From the NCBI GenBank assembly GCA_965367815.1, contig CBDUKN010000011.1, positions 2,361 through 66,360 of the forward strand: DNA of 64,000 nt, read 5' to 3'. The notes beneath the pieces are model-generated. The model had not been told where the DNA came from and ran no database searches. It saw only the letters and a list, made by a program, of their open reading frames with translations. Positions 56,139 through 64,000 of the stretch are shown here, piece after piece. The DNA is from an uncultured Thermoprotei archaeon (GTDB lineage Archaea > Thermoproteota > Thermoprotei > Thermofilales > B15-G2). The position numbers and the translations under genes are program-made. Numbering within the stretch: position 1 is the first letter of the stretch; the number at the start of each line of letters is the position of its first letter.

Positions 56139-56812
56139 AGGAGCACGAGAAAGTGTACATATTGATGAAAATATCGCTAAAGGGAGGAATTTTTTCTCCG
56201 GTAAAAATAAGCACTAGTGAGCTAGCTAAGTATATCAAATGTTCTCAGCAGTCTGCGTCTCGTAAGTTAATAGAGTTAGAGCAAGAAAACTTAATTATTA
56301 GAAGAAAATCCATTGAGGGAACATATATTATGATAAGTGAAAAAGGTTTAAGTTTACTTTATAGCTACTATTTAAAGTTTAAGAAAATTTTCGAGAAAAT
56401 TAATGAAGTAGTAATACTGAGAGGCACTGCTGTATCAGGATTAGGTGAAGGAGCCTACTACGTCTCATTACCCTTCTACTATAAGCAGTTTAAAGAAAAA
56501 TTAGGATTTGAGCCTTATCCGGGGACCTTTAATGTTAAACTAGATAGTGATAGTATAAAAAGAAAAAATATTTTGAATTATATTAGCGGAATAAAGATAA
56601 GTGAACACTATAATGGTAAGAGAAAATACGGAGGAGCCAAGTGCTTTTATGCTATAGTAAATGATAAAGTTAAAGGAGCATTAATTCTTATAGAGAGAAC
56701 ACATCATGGGCCTGAGATAATCGAGATAATAGCCCCCCTGTGTATTAGGAAAGTCCTCAATATTAAAGACGGAGATCCGGTAGTAGTAAAGGTTTACTTA
56801 GGACTATACTAA
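56135..56812 (+). CDS. ribK: CTP-dependent riboflavin kinase with N-terminal wHTH (RbkR type)
   Basis: [16 protein letters not shown]; [22 protein letters not shown]. Confidence 0.94.
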   Translation: MKEHEKVYILMKISLKGGIFSPVKISTSELAKYIKCSQQSASRKLIELEQENLIIRRKSIEGTYIMISEKGLSLLYSYYLKFKKIFEKINEVVILRGTAVSGLGEGAYYVSLPFYYKQFKEKLGFEPYPGTFNVKLDSDSIKRKNILNYISGIKISEHYNGKRKYGGAKCFYAIVNDKVKGALILIERTHHGPEIIEIIAPLCIRKVLNIKDGDPVVVKVYLGLY

Positions 56813-56992
56813 CCTAACTCTGTTGTATTTCTTGTTTTGCCACGAATATCTGCGCATTCTTTTAGATCGACCAAAGCCGCAAGCTGCACAGTATTTCTTT
56901 CTCACGTGGTATGCGTGTCTTCCGCATCTTCTACATCTTATATGGGTTTTTCCTTTGCTCTTTTTACCAAATGAGGTTGTTCCTTTGACCAT
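56804..56992 (-). CDS. rpl37e: 50S ribosomal protein L37e
   Basis: KGTTSFGK...HIRCRRCG...CAACGFG. Confidence 0.97.
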   Translation of the reverse strand: MVKGTTSFGKKSKGKTHIRCRRCGRHAYHVRKKYCAACGFGRSKRMRRYSWQNKKYNRVRLV

Positions 56993-56993
56993 A

Positions 56994-57227
56994 CTACTTC
57001 ACCGTTACCGATACAGGACTTACAAGAACTACATTATCTCCTCTCACAATTATAGTTCCTAATTTTCTAGATTTTTTATCCTTAATTTCTTCTGCTTCAT
57101 CTAATACTAGGTTTAAATGCTGATCGAAGCTTCGTAAAATTCCCCTAACTTCTCTTCCGCCTTTGAGTTTCACTAACACCATGTTACCTAGAGCTTCATT
57201 AAGCATTTCGCTAGACATGTAAAGCAC
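56994..57227 (-). CDS. Sm-like (LSm) protein
   Basis: [21 protein letters not shown]; conserved linkage to rpl37e. Confidence 0.95.
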   Translation of the reverse strand: MLYMSSEMLNEALGNMVLVKLKGGREVRGILRSFDQHLNLVLDEAEEIKDKKSRKLGTIIVRGDNVVLVSPVSVTVK

Positions 57228-57326
57228 CTTTGCAAAAGGTGTATTCTGTTCACTATTATAAAACTTGCGTTTTTATCAATTTAGTAAATAGATGTTTTCT
57301 AAGAATTTTTATGACTAAAAACAAAA

Positions 57327-59231
57327 TTATCTTACTCTTATAGCTTCAAGATTGCTCGGCGCTATTGCATGTATTTTTAATCTACTGTTGATGAATGAGG
57401 CTAAGCTCTGGGCTTTTGTTTTCTCTCCGTGACAGAGCACTATTTTCTCTGGTTTAGGAGTGACTCTATTCACATATCTAATTAGCTGTCTTCTATCGCT
57501 ATGTCCTGAAAATCCTTCAACTCTGTATACTTCTAATTGTAGCTTTACTAAAGATATTTTTCCGGTAGGGTCTACAGACTCTATTTCGCGCTGACCATCT
57601 AGTATTCTTCTACCGAGAGTGCCTTCTATCTGGTAGCTTACAAATACTAAGGAGTTCTTGGGATCACTGGCTAAAAGCCTTAGGTAGTCTAGGACAGGGC
57701 CCCCCATGAGCATGCCGGATGTTGCGAGAATTATACAGGGCTCTCCTTCGGCTACTTCTATGCGTTTTTGAGGGTCGTCTACTGTAGTGAAGTATTCTGA
57801 TAAGAATGGGTTTTCGTCATGATATATTTTTTCTCTCATTTCTCTTGAGAGAAATTCTGGATATGCTAGGTGAATTGCTGTTACTTCTTTCATCATTCCC
57901 TCTATGTATACAGGTACTTCGGGTATGAGTTTATTTTTCATAGCATTACTTATGACAAGCATTATTTCTTGAGCTCTTCCAACAGCTAAAACTGGAATCA
58001 GAACTTTTCCTCCTCTTGAAAGCGTTCTATTTAATATTTCTATGAATTCTCTTTCTGTTTCTTCTCTTGAGCGTACTCGGTCTTCTCTACCGCCGTAAGT
58101 CGACTCCATTATAAGAACTTCAAGTCTAGGGAACTTGTAGTTTGCAGCTTCGAGAAGCGCTGTTCGTTCGAATTTGAAGTCACCTGTGTACACAATATTG
58201 CAAAGACCGTTACCTATGTGCAGGTGTACAATCGCAGACCCTAAGATGTGGCCAGCGTCGTGTAATGTTAGCTTAACATCAGGAGCTATGTCAGTTACTT
58301 CGCTGTACTCTAGAGTTATTGTGTGTGATATTACATCGTAGATATCTTTTTTCGAGTATAATGGAGTTTTTCCTTCTTTAATAGAGACTTGAATGTAGTC
58401 TTCTTGTAGTAACTTCATAAGATCTCTTGTAGGTGCCGTACAGTAGACTGGGCCTCTATAACCGTACTTGAATAGATACGGTACTAGACCGCAGTGATCC
58501 AAATGCGCATGAGTTACAATAACGGCGTCGAGTTGATCTATATCAAACTCCGGCATATATATGAACGGATATTCGTCTCCTGATAACGAGGGTTTAATTC
58601 CACAGTCCAATAGTATATTGCTTTCATCTGTTTGAACTAAAATGGCGCTCCTACCAACTTCCTGGAATCCTCCTAATGCTATTATTCTCACACGGCTTGT
58701 CTTGAAGAATGGCGATCTATGTATTTTGGTGCCTAAGTCTCTGAGAAATCTCTGTCTTTCAGGAGATGTAGCTCTTAAAATATTTCTTACTTCTCTTATA
58801 GTTTTAGATTCGAGCGGAGGAGTTCTAACTACTCTAGGGCGCCAGCCTGTGAGCAGTATTATTTGCCTTAAGTTTTTTCCCTCCTTACCTATAACATATC
58901 CAGGTTTCAGAGCCTCTATTTCAACTTCGCCTGTATTTTCGTCAAAGTACAGATGTTTAACCTCAGCTTCAGGAGGAATTATGTTTAATATTACTTCCTT
59001 TGCTTTTTCTTCAGGTAACCGCGATTCAGGGTCTACTTTGATAATTATTCTTTTCTTGATGGTTTTTGCTACTCTTTTAATAATATCTTCGTTTTCTATG
59101 AGAGACTGTGGATTATCTAGTATTATTGCTATTTTAGGTCCTTCAAAATCTATTTTTACTTTTCCTACGTTTGGGGGAATATTTTTTAATATAGTTTCTC
59201 TTATATTTGCTAAAACAAAATCTGTCGTCAT
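57327..59231 (-). CDS. fttA: aCPSF1/FttA beta-CASP ribonuclease (KH-KH-MBL), transcription termination factor
   Basis: GxxIGKxG KH loop, GGFQEVGRS, HAHLDH, AGHILGS, FSGHSD. Confidence 0.96.
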   Translation of the reverse strand: MTTDFVLANIRETILKNIPPNVGKVKIDFEGPKIAIILDNPQSLIENEDIIKRVAKTIKKRIIIKVDPESRLPEEKAKEVILNIIPPEAEVKHLYFDENTGEVEIEALKPGYVIGKEGKNLRQIILLTGWRPRVVRTPPLESKTIREVRNILRATSPERQRFLRDLGTKIHRSPFFKTSRVRIIALGGFQEVGRSAILVQTDESNILLDCGIKPSLSGDEYPFIYMPEFDIDQLDAVIVTHAHLDHCGLVPYLFKYGYRGPVYCTAPTRDLMKLLQEDYIQVSIKEGKTPLYSKKDIYDVISHTITLEYSEVTDIAPDVKLTLHDAGHILGSAIVHLHIGNGLCNIVYTGDFKFERTALLEAANYKFPRLEVLIMESTYGGREDRVRSREETEREFIEILNRTLSRGGKVLIPVLAVGRAQEIMLVISNAMKNKLIPEVPVYIEGMMKEVTAIHLAYPEFLSREMREKIYHDENPFLSEYFTTVDDPQKRIEVAEGEPCIILATSGMLMGGPVLDYLRLLASDPKNSLVFVSYQIEGTLGRRILDGQREIESVDPTGKISLVKLQLEVYRVEGFSGHSDRRQLIRYVNRVTPKPEKIVLCHGEKTKAQSLASFINSRLKIHAIAPSNLEAIRVR

Positions 59232-59243
59232 TATCAGATACCT

Positions 59244-59894
59244 CTACTTTGCGGTAGACAGTATTTTCTTAATTTCTTCTTCAGATAGCTCCCTATAACC
59301 TTTATCCTTAGATACATATGCGACATCTATGCCTTCGCCGCTGCCGGGGTCTCTTTGCATTGCTGAAAAGACTGCTTTTACTGCCAGCTTAATGGCGTCT
59401 GATAGCGGTATATCTTTTGAATATTCTGATTCAAGAACTCCTAAAGCATAGGGAGAACCTGATCCTGTTGCAATGAATTTATCTTCTTTTGTTGTTGAGC
59501 CGAACCAGTCTACCTCATATATGGCTGGGCCTTCGTTATCTACTCCTCCTATTATAAGCTGAACTACCATGACGAAAGGCCTTGCACTGAAAAGTAGAGA
59601 TGATGCTATCGATGCTACTGACTTCAGTGGAATAGGCTTATTGTTTTCGAGCCGATATAGAGTAGCTTCGCTAGCGAGCCTATCTACGAGGAACTGTGCT
59701 TCTGCCACAACTCCTGCTATTGTTACTCCTACATGGTCGTCTATTTTATGGATCTTCTTTCCTCTTTTATGCGAAATGTAGAAGCCGCTGGTTACTCTAC
59801 GGTCGGTTGCCATTATCACTCCGTCTTTGCAAACGATGCCTACAGTTGTTGTGCCTTTAAACAACTTATGTCTTATAAATTCAACCCCCAGCAT
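59244..59894 (-). CDS. psmB: Proteasome beta subunit
   Basis: Short propeptide then GTTTVG; ATGSGS; RDPGSG. Confidence 0.96.
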   Translation of the reverse strand: MLGVEFIRHKLFKGTTTVGIVCKDGVIMATDRRVTSGFYISHKRGKKIHKIDDHVGVTIAGVVAEAQFLVDRLASEATLYRLENNKPIPLKSVASIASSLLFSARPFVMVVQLIIGGVDNEGPAIYEVDWFGSTTKEDKFIATGSGSPYALGVLESEYSKDIPLSDAIKLAVKAVFSAMQRDPGSGEGIDVAYVSKDKGYRELSEEEIKKILSTAK

Positions 59895-59962
59895 ATTATT
59901 AGCCTTACAATATTTCTCTTAAAAGTTAATTAATTTTTTCTACATTAAAAAACTAATAAAAT

Positions 59963-60751
59963 TCACTCAGTGGTGGCTGCTTTTTCTGACGCTGATTTTG
60001 ATTCAGGTTTTTCTGGTTTCTCTTCTTCTTTTTTAGGTTTTTCTGCAGTTTCCCGTTCGAATGTAGCCTCAAATATTATTTTAACAGCAGAAATTTCTTT
60101 TATGTATCTATCTATATCTCTGATTATTCCTCTTAACGCTAAATTGATGTTAGAGTAAGATAGTAGATCTAGCGGTAATAATACCGTAGCTGTGTGGTCT
60201 TCTATTGTTACGTTTACCTTGTTTAAATCAATTAAATGTATTCTTCTTCTAATTAACTCTTTTATTTTATCTTCTGTTTTTTCTATTTTCTTTACTACTT
60301 TTACAGTATATACTAATGTTTTTCCAGCTAGAGGGTGATTAAAATCTAGGATTACTCTTCCACTACCTATTCTCTTGACTATAGCTGGCTTTCCGTCGAA
60401 ATTTATTATTTCATTTATCTTTGGTCTAATGTTTCTCCGCTGTAGATCTCTTATTGAGACGACTCTTATTTTTGAAGGATCTCTTTGACCAAACGCTTTT
60501 TCAGGAGGTATTTCGAATGTTTTTTCTTCGCCAACGTTCATTTTCTTAATTTCTTCTTCTGCGCTCTTTAGTATCCAGCCTTCGCCTATTATGACTAGCT
60601 CTGGGCCATAGACTTTTCCTTCCTCGTATACTCCTGCCTTTTTAGCTTCTTCTTCTATTGTCGTATCTATAACGCGGTCGTCTTCCTTGACTTTTACTAT
60701 GTAGTCGATTAAGATATAGTCTCCCTCGTTAAATGGCATAGTACCCATCAC
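59963..60751 (-). CDS. FKBP-type peptidyl-prolyl isomerase (long archaeal type)
   Basis: IPPEKAFG, DFNHPLAGKTL. Confidence 0.94.
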   Translation of the reverse strand: MMGTMPFNEGDYILIDYIVKVKEDDRVIDTTIEEEAKKAGVYEEGKVYGPELVIIGEGWILKSAEEEIKKMNVGEEKTFEIPPEKAFGQRDPSKIRVVSIRDLQRRNIRPKINEIINFDGKPAIVKRIGSGRVILDFNHPLAGKTLVYTVKVVKKIEKTEDKIKELIRRRIHLIDLNKVNVTIEDHTATVLLPLDLLSYSNINLALRGIIRDIDRYIKEISAVKIIFEATFERETAEKPKKEEEKPEKPESKSASEKAATTE

Positions 60752-60804
60752 ATACTTTAGAAACTGCTTATAACTATTACTCTAGTTTCAGAAGGAGAAT
60801 TAAA

Positions 60805-60859
60805 AGATCAGAGGATTTTTAGGTCATCATTTGTCAGCGCAGGTCAGTGACATCATCTC
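60805..60859 (-). ncRNA. C/D box guide sRNA just downstream of rps17e
   Basis: ATGATGT-CACTGACCTGCG-CTGA-CAA-ATGATGA-CCTAAAAATCCT-CTGA with AGA/TCT terminal stem. Confidence 0.8.
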
Positions 60860-60873
60860 GGGGCAAGATTACT

Positions 60874-61074
60874 TTAAACTTGTTCTCGCTCGGATAATTT
60901 AACCAAACGTGTTATGTATCCGGCGACCCTATTGCGTACTCTTTTAGACTGAATATTTGTTAATTTAGCTACTAGCCTTTTATTTGCCTCAAAGTCTGTA
61001 GTGAATTTATCGGGATATGTTTCTAGTAGTTTTCGCGCTAGTCTTTTAATGAACCCCGGTCTAACTTTACCCAT
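60874..61074 (-). CDS. rps17e: 30S ribosomal protein S17e
   Basis: MGKVRP...FTTDFEANK...[13 protein letters not shown]. Confidence 0.97.
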   Translation of the reverse strand: MGKVRPGFIKRLARKLLETYPDKFTTDFEANKRLVAKLTNIQSKRVRNRVAGYITRLVKLSEREQV

Positions 61075-61202
61075 ACACCAATCTTTGGTTTAAGGTATTA
61101 ATATATTTGTTCCCGGCGTTTTATGTCTTTAAATGAGCAGTTTAACATGTATTATTTTAGATAAAGAGATAGTTTTATTGCTTAGGAAAGTGGAATAAAA
61201 AT

Positions 61203-61433
61203 GTGCCAGAGATACCTTTAGCTCCTGTAGATAGAATAATTCATAAGGCGGGAGCAGAGAGAGTAAGTAACGGGGCAGCTATAGTTCTTCGAGATGTACT
61301 TGAAGCGATAGCATATGAAATAGCTAAAGAAGCAATAGAGCTTGCTAAACATGCAGGACGAAGAACTGTTACTGAAGAGGACGTTAAGCTAGCTGCGCGA
61401 AGATTAACTAAATGGATTTTACCTACTCTTTAA
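61203..61433 (+). CDS. Archaeal histone (HMf family)
   Basis: [18 protein letters not shown]...[14 protein letters not shown]. Confidence 0.96.
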   Translation: MPEIPLAPVDRIIHKAGAERVSNGAAIVLRDVLEAIAYEIAKEAIELAKHAGRRTVTEEDVKLAARRLTKWILPTL

Positions 61434-61509
61434 CAATTTGTGCAGAAGTTTTTTATAGAAAAATTTAAATAGAAGTGCTAGTCGTAAATTCTGCTGAAGA
61501 GGTGATAGT

Positions 61510-63159
61510 ATGTCTCAGGCGCAGCCAGCTGTATTAACACAAATTGGTGGGGTGCCCGTACTGATACTCAAAGAAGGTACTACTAGAACTGTAGGCAAAG
61601 AGGCTATTAGACTCAACATAATGGTCGCTCGCGCAATTAGCGAGACTATTAAAACTACACTAGGTCCTAAAGGCATGGACAAGATGCTTATTGATAGTCT
61701 AGGAGATATCACTGTAAGTAACGACGGAGCAACGATTCTCGACGAAATTGACGTACAGCACCCAATAGCTAAACTTCTTGTTGAAATATCAAAAGCACAG
61801 GACGATGAAGTTGGAGACGGAACAACGACAGCAGTAGTGCTTGCCGGAGCATTACTAAAGGAGGCTGAACACCTACTAAATAAGGACATTCATCCAACAA
61901 TTATTATAAGCGGATATAAGAAGGCTCTTGAAAAGGCTATTGAGGTTTTAAAGAAGAGAGCAATAAAGGTAGACATAAATGACTATGACACTTTAAAGAA
62001 AGTTGCGCTAACAGCAATGCATGGTAAGGCTGTTGCCGGGGTCAAAGACTATTTCGCTGATATAGCAGTAAAAGCTGTTAAGCAGATAGCTGAAGAAAGA
62101 GACGGTAAATATGTGGCAGACATCGACTACATTCAGATAATAAAGAAGCAGGGAGGCAGTTTATTCGATACTAAGCTCATTTACGGTGTTGTAATAGACA
62201 AAGAAGTAGTTCATCCAGGAATGCCGAAGCGTATAGAAAAAGCTAAAATAGCTTTACTTGACTGTCCACTTGAAATCGAGAAAACAGAAATAGACGCTGA
62301 GATTAGAATAAATGATCCATCACAGATGAAGGCGTTCATAGAAGAAGAGGAAAGACTTCTAAAGGAAATGGTGAAAAAGATAAAAGAAACGGGAGCTAAC
62401 GTGGTCTTTGTCCAAAAAGGAATAGATGATATTGCTCAACACTACTTAGCTAAGGAAGGAATTCTAGCAGTAAGGAGAGTAAAGAAATCTGATATGGAGA
62501 AGCTTGCTAGAGCAACTGGAGCAAGAATAGTGACAAGAGTTGATGATCTAAGCCCCAAGGACCTAGGTGAAGCAGAGCTAGTTGAAGAAAGAAAGGTCGC
62601 CGAAGAGAAAATGGTTTTTGTAGAGGGCTGCAAGAACCCCAAGGCAGTGAGCATACTCATCAGAGGAGGTTTAGAAAAAGTAGTAGATGAGGCAGAGAGG
62701 TCGCTAATTGATGCTCTGAGTGTAGTAGCTGACGTAATTGAAGAGCCATACATACTTCCAGGAGGCGGTGCACCAGAAGTAGAAATAGCTAAAGTGTTAA
62801 GAGAATATGCTGCTGAAATAGGTGGAAAGGAGCAGCTCGCAATAGAGGCCTTTGCTAATGCAGTAGAAGTTATTCCAAGAGCTCTAGCAGAAAACTCTGG
62901 ACTAGATCCAATAGACATATTAGCTGAGCTAAGAGCTGCTCACGAGCAGCCTGAGGGATGGAAAATGGGTATTAATGTATATACAGGAAAAGTCTGCGAT
63001 ATGCTTTCAGAGGGAATAATCGAGCCACTAATTGTCAAGACTCATGCAGTGAGATCAGCAGTGGAAGCAGCTAGCATGATACTAAGAATAGACGATATAA
63101 TCGCAGCTAGCAGGCTTGAAGAAAAGGAGAAGGAGAAAGGAGAAAAGAAGTTTTACTAG
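61510..63159 (+). CDS. ths: Thermosome (group II chaperonin) subunit
   Basis: [22 protein letters not shown]. Confidence 0.97.
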   Translation: MSQAQPAVLTQIGGVPVLILKEGTTRTVGKEAIRLNIMVARAISETIKTTLGPKGMDKMLIDSLGDITVSNDGATILDEIDVQHPIAKLLVEISKAQDDEVGDGTTTAVVLAGALLKEAEHLLNKDIHPTIIISGYKKALEKAIEVLKKRAIKVDINDYDTLKKVALTAMHGKAVAGVKDYFADIAVKAVKQIAEERDGKYVADIDYIQIIKKQGGSLFDTKLIYGVVIDKEVVHPGMPKRIEKAKIALLDCPLEIEKTEIDAEIRINDPSQMKAFIEEEERLLKEMVKKIKETGANVVFVQKGIDDIAQHYLAKEGILAVRRVKKSDMEKLARATGARIVTRVDDLSPKDLGEAELVEERKVAEEKMVFVEGCKNPKAVSILIRGGLEKVVDEAERSLIDALSVVADVIEEPYILPGGGAPEVEIAKVLREYAAEIGGKEQLAIEAFANAVEVIPRALAENSGLDPIDILAELRAAHEQPEGWKMGINVYTGKVCDMLSEGIIEPLIVKTHAVRSAVEAASMILRIDDIIAASRLEEKEKEKGEKKFY

Positions 63160-63161
63160 CT

Positions 63162-64000
63162 TCAAAGAGGAAAACCGTAGATTTTAGTTTTTTCTGATAG
63201 ATCTCCTCCAAGCTTTAAATTACCAACATATATAAGTGCTATTTTTTCTGCCTCTACGTTTGTGAGAACTCTTACTATTTCTTTTTTGTAGTCTATTTCT
63301 GTCATTACTCCTATATCGAGGAATAATCCTTGGTCATCGTACAGTCCCACTATAAGTCCTTTTTCATATCCTTTATGCACTACTAACACATCGTTTTTGG
63401 AAAATTCTGTTTTTATCGTGTTCAATACTTCCTCGGGGACTCTTACTTTCTCATTTGTAACTATAAGCAAAGCATCGTAAGCGTCTTCAGCGTAGACTAT
63501 TGATGCTTTTAGTAGGGCCTCTAGTCTGCTTATCTTGTCTTTGTCTAGCTTAAACCCCGATCCAAAAATAGTTCCCTTAAATCTGACTCTACTCCAACTA
63601 AGTGTCCGTATTTTTGATTTAGCTAATTTCCTTTTATATGCAGATTCCCTGTAAATTTTTCTGCTAGTGGGGTCTCTTGAAACAGCTTCTTTAATACTCG
63701 GTAATCTAATTATTTCTACCCACTTTTGGGTTTCGTAAGCTCTCAAAATATGTTCTAATTCTCTAGTTGATTGAAGTGCTATAATATAGTCAGGACGAAC
63801 TATGTCGATAAGGCTCCATTTGTACTCCCTAGCTTCTTTTCCGTGAATCCAGCCGTCGGTATTAACTACTATTAAGTCTACATTTTGAGACATTGCTTTT
63901 TCTAAAAGAAAGGCTGAGGCTACCAGTATTCTGTGAATAAATCCTCCCGGAGATATCGATCCCACAAAGTAGGCGTAATGAGTTTTTACTTTGTGAAGTG
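63162..64000 (-). CDS. Clp1/Grc3 family polynucleotide 5'-kinase, C-terminal part (start lies beyond the window)
   Basis: FVGSISP, VNTDGWI, R...R..Y lid, GLIVGL; frame open to the window end. Confidence 0.85.
   Translation of the reverse strand, partial: LHKVKTHYAYFVGSISPGGFIHRILVASAFLLEKAMSQNVDLIVVNTDGWIHGKEAREYKWSLIDIVRPDYIIALQSTRELEHILRAYETQKWVEIIRLPSIKEAVSRDPTSRKIYRESAYKRKLAKSKIRTLSWSRVRFKGTIFGSGFKLDKDKISRLEALLKASIVYAEDAYDALLIVTNEKVRVPEEVLNTIKTEFSKNDVLVVHKGYEKGLIVGLYDDQGLFLDIGVMTEIDYKKEIVRVLTNVEAEKIALIYVGNLKLGGDLSEKTKIYGFPL

Noticed and set aside
58642-59298. 218-aa plus-strand ORF
   Set aside because: Antisense shadow of aCPSF1; Ser/Ile/Phe-rich composition typical of reverse-frame ORFs
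508-62918. Other overlapping track ORFs (e.g. 516-1007, 2785-3333, 6025-6309, 35554-35943, 45672-46109, 62442-62918)
   Set aside because: They overlap well-supported genes on the opposite strand or in another frame and have no motifs
1-64000. CRISPR array, cas genes, transposases, integrases
   Set aside because: No regularly spaced 24-40 bp repeats and no such protein motifs seen

Overview
Low-GC chromosomal segment of a Thermoproteota (TACK) archaeon. It carries Cren7, an HMf-type histone, aCPSF1, Rpo4/Rpo11, Csl4 and a crenarchaeal-type GluRS; a Thermofilales-like lineage is my inference. Most of the window is housekeeping: translation and RNA modification, two 2-oxoacid:ferredoxin oxidoreductase operons, SRP54, PINA, proteasome beta and thermosome. 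Features missing from the ORF track: a replication origin at about 14.6-15.2 kb (three ORB elements, an AT-rich unwinding element, a GC-skew switch and no orc1/cdc6 gene in the window), two intron-containing tRNAs (Ala-CGC, Leu-CAG), about eight C/D box sRNA candidates, the 5' part of pelota and two small ORFs. Main novelty candidates: (1) a 746-aa wHTH + ATP-cone + class III RNR (NrdD) fusion that has lost its glycyl-radical Gly and thiyl Cys, a likely nucleotide-sensing pseudo-enzyme regulator; (2) a 4.1-9.9 kb locus combining a RimK/LysX ATP-grasp ligase, an unannotated Zn-ribbon protein ending in Glu-Glu, an M14/AstE-like peptidase, a prenyltransferase-repeat/HhH-GPD glycosylase fusion, a second atypical HhH-GPD protein and an orphan CdvA-like gene; (3) a homologue of the eukaryotic oligosaccharyltransferase subunit OSTC/OST3-6. 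No CRISPR array, transposase or integrase was seen. All family assignments come from motif recognition by eye; no database search was run.
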